64,000 nt of DNA from Chloroflexota bacterium (GTDB taxonomy: Bacteria; Chloroflexota; UBA11872; VXOZ01), in contig CAXXVD010000001.1 in the NCBI GenBank assembly GCA_963662335.2, positions 32,001-96,000 on the forward strand. Direction: 5' to 3'. The first letter of the stretch is position 1. Each line of letters begins with the position of its first letter. The notes beneath the pieces were generated by a model. That model saw only the letters and a list, made by a program, of their open reading frames with translations, searched no databases and was not told the DNA's origin. The translations under genes were made by a program, and so were the position numbers. This document shows positions 60,077 through 64,000 of the stretch, piece by piece.

Positions 60077-60332
60077 ACCTCACCCCAGCGCGGCAACGGG
60101 CCGCTATCTACCGCCCCCTGCGCCACTCCACTATCATAGCGAATCCTTCCCAATCTCAAGTATGCCCGTATTTTCTGCACAGGCCCGCGCGCCGAGAATA
60201 TAGTTCGCGGCGCTGGCGTCCCAGTCCTGGACCAGCAAAGAATCGGAGACGACACAGTTTTTTCGCGAAACATCCAAGCGGCGTGACCCCCGTATATCAC
60301 CACCGCTGTCCCCAGGACTCCAGCCTAGAATC

Positions 60333-60371
60333 GAAACGTTGGGCGCTTCCATTGGAAGCGCCCAACGTTTC
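60333..60371. terminator. Strong hairpin after solute-binding protein gene
   Basis: GAAACGTTGGGCGCTTCC-ATT-GGAAGCGCCCAACGTTTC perfect 18-bp stem, 24 bp past the stop codon. Confidence 0.8.
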
Positions 60372-60394
60372 AATTGCCGGTAGAGCGGCGGTCT

Positions 60395-61768
60395 CTAGCT
60401 AATGACGCCCAGCCGCCTTAGTTCCACCTGCTCCTCATCGAGGATCTTGTTGCCGATCGCAACGGCGGTGGCAACGGCTTCATCCATGGTCACCTCGTTG
60501 TCCACGGCCTTATTGAGCTCGGCCGGGATGGCGCTGTTCCACTCCAGGGTGGAGTACGACTGCGGATAGTCGAAACCCCAGTCCATGGAGTCGAGGAACT
60601 TCTGCGCCAGTTCCGGGAAGTCGTTGTTGGCGGTCCAATTGCGGGAACCCTTCCAACTGCCGGGCATGGTGAACTCGGCGGTGGAGGCCTCGCCGGTGTC
60701 CGAGGTGGTGGCGTACTTGATGAACGCCCACGAGTGGTCGGGCGTTTCAACCTGGTCGCCGGCCGCGAATGACGAACCGTGCACCACGTTGGCCTGGCGG
60801 ACGTTTCGCGGCAGGTACTGCACACCCCAGTTGATGTGGTCCAGCGGCGCCAGATGGCCGAATTCCCACGGGCCGCTGGCGCGGAACGTCAGCAAGCCGT
60901 TGTGGAACATGTTGCGCTTGCCGCCGGCGTCGGAGGCTTCCGGCCGCGTGGGCGCCACGCCGTGCTGGTGGATGAGACTGTGCATGAAATTGAACGCCGC
61001 CAGTCCCTCCGGCTGACCGAATAGGAACTCGGTTTTCTCTTTGTTCAAGATTTCGCCGCCGTTTGCCAGCACGTAGTTGTAGCCCTCGGTCTGGCCCCAG
61101 ACCGAGACGTACGTGCCCCAGCGTTCCGGCGTCTCGCCCTGGCGGATGGTGAGCTTCTGCGACATCTCCAGCCAGTCGTCGAACGTCCAGTCTTCCGCCG
61201 GCTCGTCCAGCCCCGCCTCGCCCAGGTGCTCACGGTTGTAGTACATGCCGATGGTGGCGTGGAAGTTGGGCAGGCCCCAGACCTTGCCAAACAACGTATA
61301 GACGTTCACGAGATACGCCGGGAACGTCTCCATCATGTCGATGTTGTCGGCGGCAACGTAGGGCGAGAGGTCGTAGAGGATGTTGTTCGCCGCGTGGAAC
61401 ATGATGTTGGGGCCGTTCATGATCATCACGTCGAACGGCGTGCCCGCGGCGGCGGAGGTCTTGAGTTTCGGCCAGTACTCGCCCCAGGCGGTTACATCGA
61501 TAGAGAGGTCAATGTTCTCGCTGACCTCGGCCCGGTAGCCGGCAATCGAGCGTTCGTAGTCGCCGCCCTGCGCCTCTGTATAGCAAATGACGTTGAGCGT
61601 CACCGTCTCCGGCTCCGCCGGTTTCTCTTCTGCCGCCGGTTTCTCGGCCATCTGCTCTTGCGGTTCGTCCGTCACCGCGGCCTGTCCGCACGCGGCGAGC
61701 AGCAGCGCGCCGCTCCCGCCAACTATGCCGGCCAGCACGCCGCGCCGGGTAATCTCAGTCTGACGCAT
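60395..61768 (-). CDS. ABC transporter sugar-type solute-binding lipoprotein (Tat signal)
   Basis: ITRRGVL, LAAC, DLSPY, MYYN, WTFDDW; paralog of 48655-50025. Confidence 0.87.
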   Translation of the reverse strand: MRQTEITRRGVLAGIVGGSGALLLAACGQAAVTDEPQEQMAEKPAAEEKPAEPETVTLNVICYTEAQGGDYERSIAGYRAEVSENIDLSIDVTAWGEYWPKLKTSAAAGTPFDVMIMNGPNIMFHAANNILYDLSPYVAADNIDMMETFPAYLVNVYTLFGKVWGLPNFHATIGMYYNREHLGEAGLDEPAEDWTFDDWLEMSQKLTIRQGETPERWGTYVSVWGQTEGYNYVLANGGEILNKEKTEFLFGQPEGLAAFNFMHSLIHQHGVAPTRPEASDAGGKRNMFHNGLLTFRASGPWEFGHLAPLDHINWGVQYLPRNVRQANVVHGSSFAAGDQVETPDHSWAFIKYATTSDTGEASTAEFTMPGSWKGSRNWTANNDFPELAQKFLDSMDWGFDYPQSYSTLEWNSAIPAELNKAVDNEVTMDEAVATAVAIGNKILDEEQVELRRLGVIS

Positions 61769-61827
61769 CGTTGGACTCCTTACTTCTTTGAGACATGGGG
61801 CTCGCTTGCCCTCGCTCGCTAGTCTGG

Positions 61828-61856
61828 AGTATACACCCCGTTACAATCACAAGCAA
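61828..61856 (-). promoter_or_regulatory. Sigma70-like promoter for the solute-binding protein gene
   Basis: TTGCTT, 17 bp, TATACT on the minus strand. Confidence 0.5.
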
Positions 61857-62117
61857 GATCTTAGTCGTGTCTAGTCTCGCTCGCGGCAAATACCTGGCGA
61901 AAACGCTCTCGCACCACCTAAGGATCACCTCCTGGGAAACATCACTGCTCTATCAATTTTTGGCTAACGAATACGCATACGACGACATTCCGAGGCGCCG
62001 ATGGAGCGCGTCACCAGTGACGCCGAGTCCACGAACGCCCGGCATCGCTTGGCAAGACGCGGACGCTATGGGACAATGAAGTCACTGGCGCTAGCAATAC
62101 TGGAGAGAGTGGGATCC

Positions 62118-62363
62118 ATGGCGGTTTACGACACGCACAAGGCGGTGAAAGTCCTCACAGACGCGGGTGTGCCGGAAGAGCACGCCGAGGCCATGGTTGC
62201 CGTGGTTGGAAACCTGCCGGGCAACCTGGTAACTGAAACGGTGCTCGACGCCAAGTTGCAAGCGTTGGAGTTGCGCATGACATTGCGGCTCGGCGGCTTG
62301 GTGGTTGCGGGTGTCGTGTTCCTAGCCGCGCTGATCACCGTTTTTCAATTCTTGCCCCTTTAG
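62118..62363 (+). CDS. Small DUF1640/CCDC90-like tail-anchored protein
   Basis: [22 protein letters not shown] head, LVT neck, short coiled coil [11 protein letters not shown]-terminal TM. Confidence 0.7.
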   Translation: MAVYDTHKAVKVLTDAGVPEEHAEAMVAVVGNLPGNLVTETVLDAKLQALELRMTLRLGGLVVAGVVFLAALITVFQFLPL

Positions 62364-62458
62364 AAGCCTCCGCCAAGGGGGTAGCCAAGCCACCAGTCTC
62401 GATTGCTTGCGCGGGAATACCCCAGGGGTACATTTCCCCGAACTACAAGGAGACGTTT

Positions 62459-62803
62459 ATGGCGTTGCTAGTCGGAGAGTCGTGCGTGGCGTGCCGCGTT
62501 GGCGCGCCGACCATGACCGCAGCCGAAATCGCCGCGCTCAAGCCCCAAATCCCCGACTGGAACGTGGTGGAGCGGGATGGCATTCCGCAACTGGAGCGAG
62601 TCTACCCGTTCCCCAACTTCACCCAGTCGCTGGCGTTCACCAACGCAGTGGCCGCCGCAGCGGAAGCGCAAGACCACCATCCTGCCATTCTCACCGAATG
62701 GGTGGGCGTCACCGTCTCGTGGTGGACGCACAAGATCAAGGGCCTGCACCGCAACGACTTCATCATGGCGGCCAAGACCGACGCGCTCTACGGCAGCGGC
62801 TAA
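62459..62803 (+). CDS. Pterin-4-alpha-carbinolamine dehydratase
   Basis: [33 protein letters not shown]; AAGGAG RBS. Confidence 0.93.
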   Translation: MALLVGESCVACRVGAPTMTAAEIAALKPQIPDWNVVERDGIPQLERVYPFPNFTQSLAFTNAVAAAAEAQDHHPAILTEWVGVTVSWWTHKIKGLHRNDFIMAAKTDALYGSG

Positions 62804-62867
62804 GCGCCCTCTTTGGTATGGGGTCAGCCCAATTCGCCAAGCCCGCATCGCGCGACTCACCCGCGGT

Positions 62868-63008
62868 GGCGGGGGACAAGCCCCCGCGCTACGGGATGCG
62901 GCCGGTGCTCTCCGTTCATGCTGAGCTTTTCGAAGCATGAACGGCGGGCGCGGAGGCACAGTTCCCCACTCGCGCCGTTCACCCTTCGACCCCGCTCAGG
63001 GCGAACGG
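62868..63008. repeat. Composite REP cluster (GTAG family plus family B pair)
   Basis: 62868-62892 identical to 30865-30889; CCGTTCATGCTGAGC..CGAAGCATGAACGG near 62912 and inverted partner near 62975. Confidence 0.85.
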
Positions 63009-63067
63009 CGTGCAAAGCTAGCCTTGGGCATCTCTACTTGCGAGTCACTGCGAGTTCGAGCTATTTC

Positions 63068-64000
63068 CTACTCTCCGCCAGCAGTGCGGCGCAGGAGCAG
63101 CGGGCTGAGCACAACGTAGAGCACGAACGCCACAATGAACGACGGCAGCGAGCCGCCGTAGCCCGTCAGCGCATCCGGCGCGAGGCCCTGCACGCCCTCC
63201 ACGAAGTTGCTCAAGAGGTTGGGGTTGACCAAGTGATAGACGCTCACGCCGGCCGCCCAGCAGAGCAACGCCAGCCAGTTCACGCCGCCCAGGTACCAGT
63301 ACGCGCCATCGCGCGCATAGAGTTCCGCGGTTTTGTACGCCCGCCGCCGCACGACGAAGAAGTCGGCCGCCATCACGCCAAAGAGCGAGATGAAGACCGA
63401 GCCTATCAGCAGCATGAAGATCTCATACGTCACCATGTTGAGGAACGACGCCAAGATGAGGCCGATCGCGGCGACGATCACGACGAAGACCCGCTGCGGA
63501 ATGCGCGAGAAGACGTTCTGCGCCGTGACGGCCGCGGAATAGATGTCGGCGAAGGCCTGGTCGGTCTCCACGGCCAGGGTCGCGAGCAGCGCCAGCCAGC
63601 CGGCGGTGAAGACGATGATCGCGCCGGCAATCGCCACGGCCGGATTGCTCAGGTCGCCGAGCGTCACGGTCGCCACCAGCAGCACGCCGAGACCGTAGAA
63701 CCAGGTGTTCGCCAGGAGGTAGCCCAGGCCCGACCCGGCAAACGCGCCGGTGTCGCTGCGCCCAAAGCGGCTGTAATCGGCAATGAGCGGTATCCACGAA
63801 ATCGGCATGGCGATGACCAGGTCCACGCCCACCCAGAAGGGCGCGCCGTCCGTGCTCGTTTGCGAGAGCACGTCGCCCAGATTAAAACTGCTCACGATGG
63901 AGTAGGTGAGCCAAAGTGAGGCCGCCGTCATTACCCAAATGCCGAATTTCTCCATCCACTGGCGCACGACGACAATCGGGCCGCCCAGGGCGAACGCGGT
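63068..64000 (-). CDS. NCS1 purine/cytosine permease (CytX-like), 5' end outside window
   Basis: IAMPISWIPLIADYSRF, FADIYSA, LLIGSVF..LFGV..ADFF; many TMs. Confidence 0.85.
   Translation of the reverse strand, partial: TAFALGGPIVVVRQWMEKFGIWVMTAASLWLTYSIVSSFNLGDVLSQTSTDGAPFWVGVDLVIAMPISWIPLIADYSRFGRSDTGAFAGSGLGYLLANTWFYGLGVLLVATVTLGDLSNPAVAIAGAIIVFTAGWLALLATLAVETDQAFADIYSAAVTAQNVFSRIPQRVFVVIVAAIGLILASFLNMVTYEIFMLLIGSVFISLFGVMAADFFVVRRRAYKTAELYARDGAYWYLGGVNWLALLCWAAGVSVYHLVNPNLLSNFVEGVQGLAPDALTGYGGSLPSFIVAFVLYVVLSPLLLRRTAGGE

Noticed and set aside
60134-60330. Short ORFs upstream of the MNT gene as a toxin or IS remnant
   Set aside because: No motifs, terminal inverted repeats or RBS support

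Overview
High-GC bacterial chromosomal segment, most likely from a Chloroflexota genome (inference from a Chloroflexi-type surface-repeat domain on the VanW protein, Tat-lipoprotein solute-binding proteins and a large Gfo/Idh/MocA/sulfatase/amidohydrolase complement). It holds about 57 CDSs: a long minus-strand housekeeping run (FtsH-like protease, UPF0182, purSQLFMN, fchA, folD, eno, larB, larC), nrdR, mnmE, pyrE, recQ, and many catabolic genes. No rRNA, tRNA, CRISPR-cas, prophage or transposase is recognisable. Intergenic regions carry at least five families of REP-like palindromes. Most notable: (1) a candidate ~210-nt structured ncRNA with its own sigma70-like promoter and a perfect four-way junction, lying where the HepT toxin should follow an MntA-type nucleotidyltransferase; (2) an NrdR with a tandem-duplicated zinc ribbon, preceded by two NrdR-box-like sites 32 bp apart; (3) tandem duplications (21, 38, 70 bp) that each end just inside a REP terminus; (4) a FolD lacking both cyclohydrolase residues next to fchA; (5) a degenerate Gfo/Idh/MocA protein translationally coupled to an intact one. 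All family calls are from motif recognition only; no database search or folding program was run.
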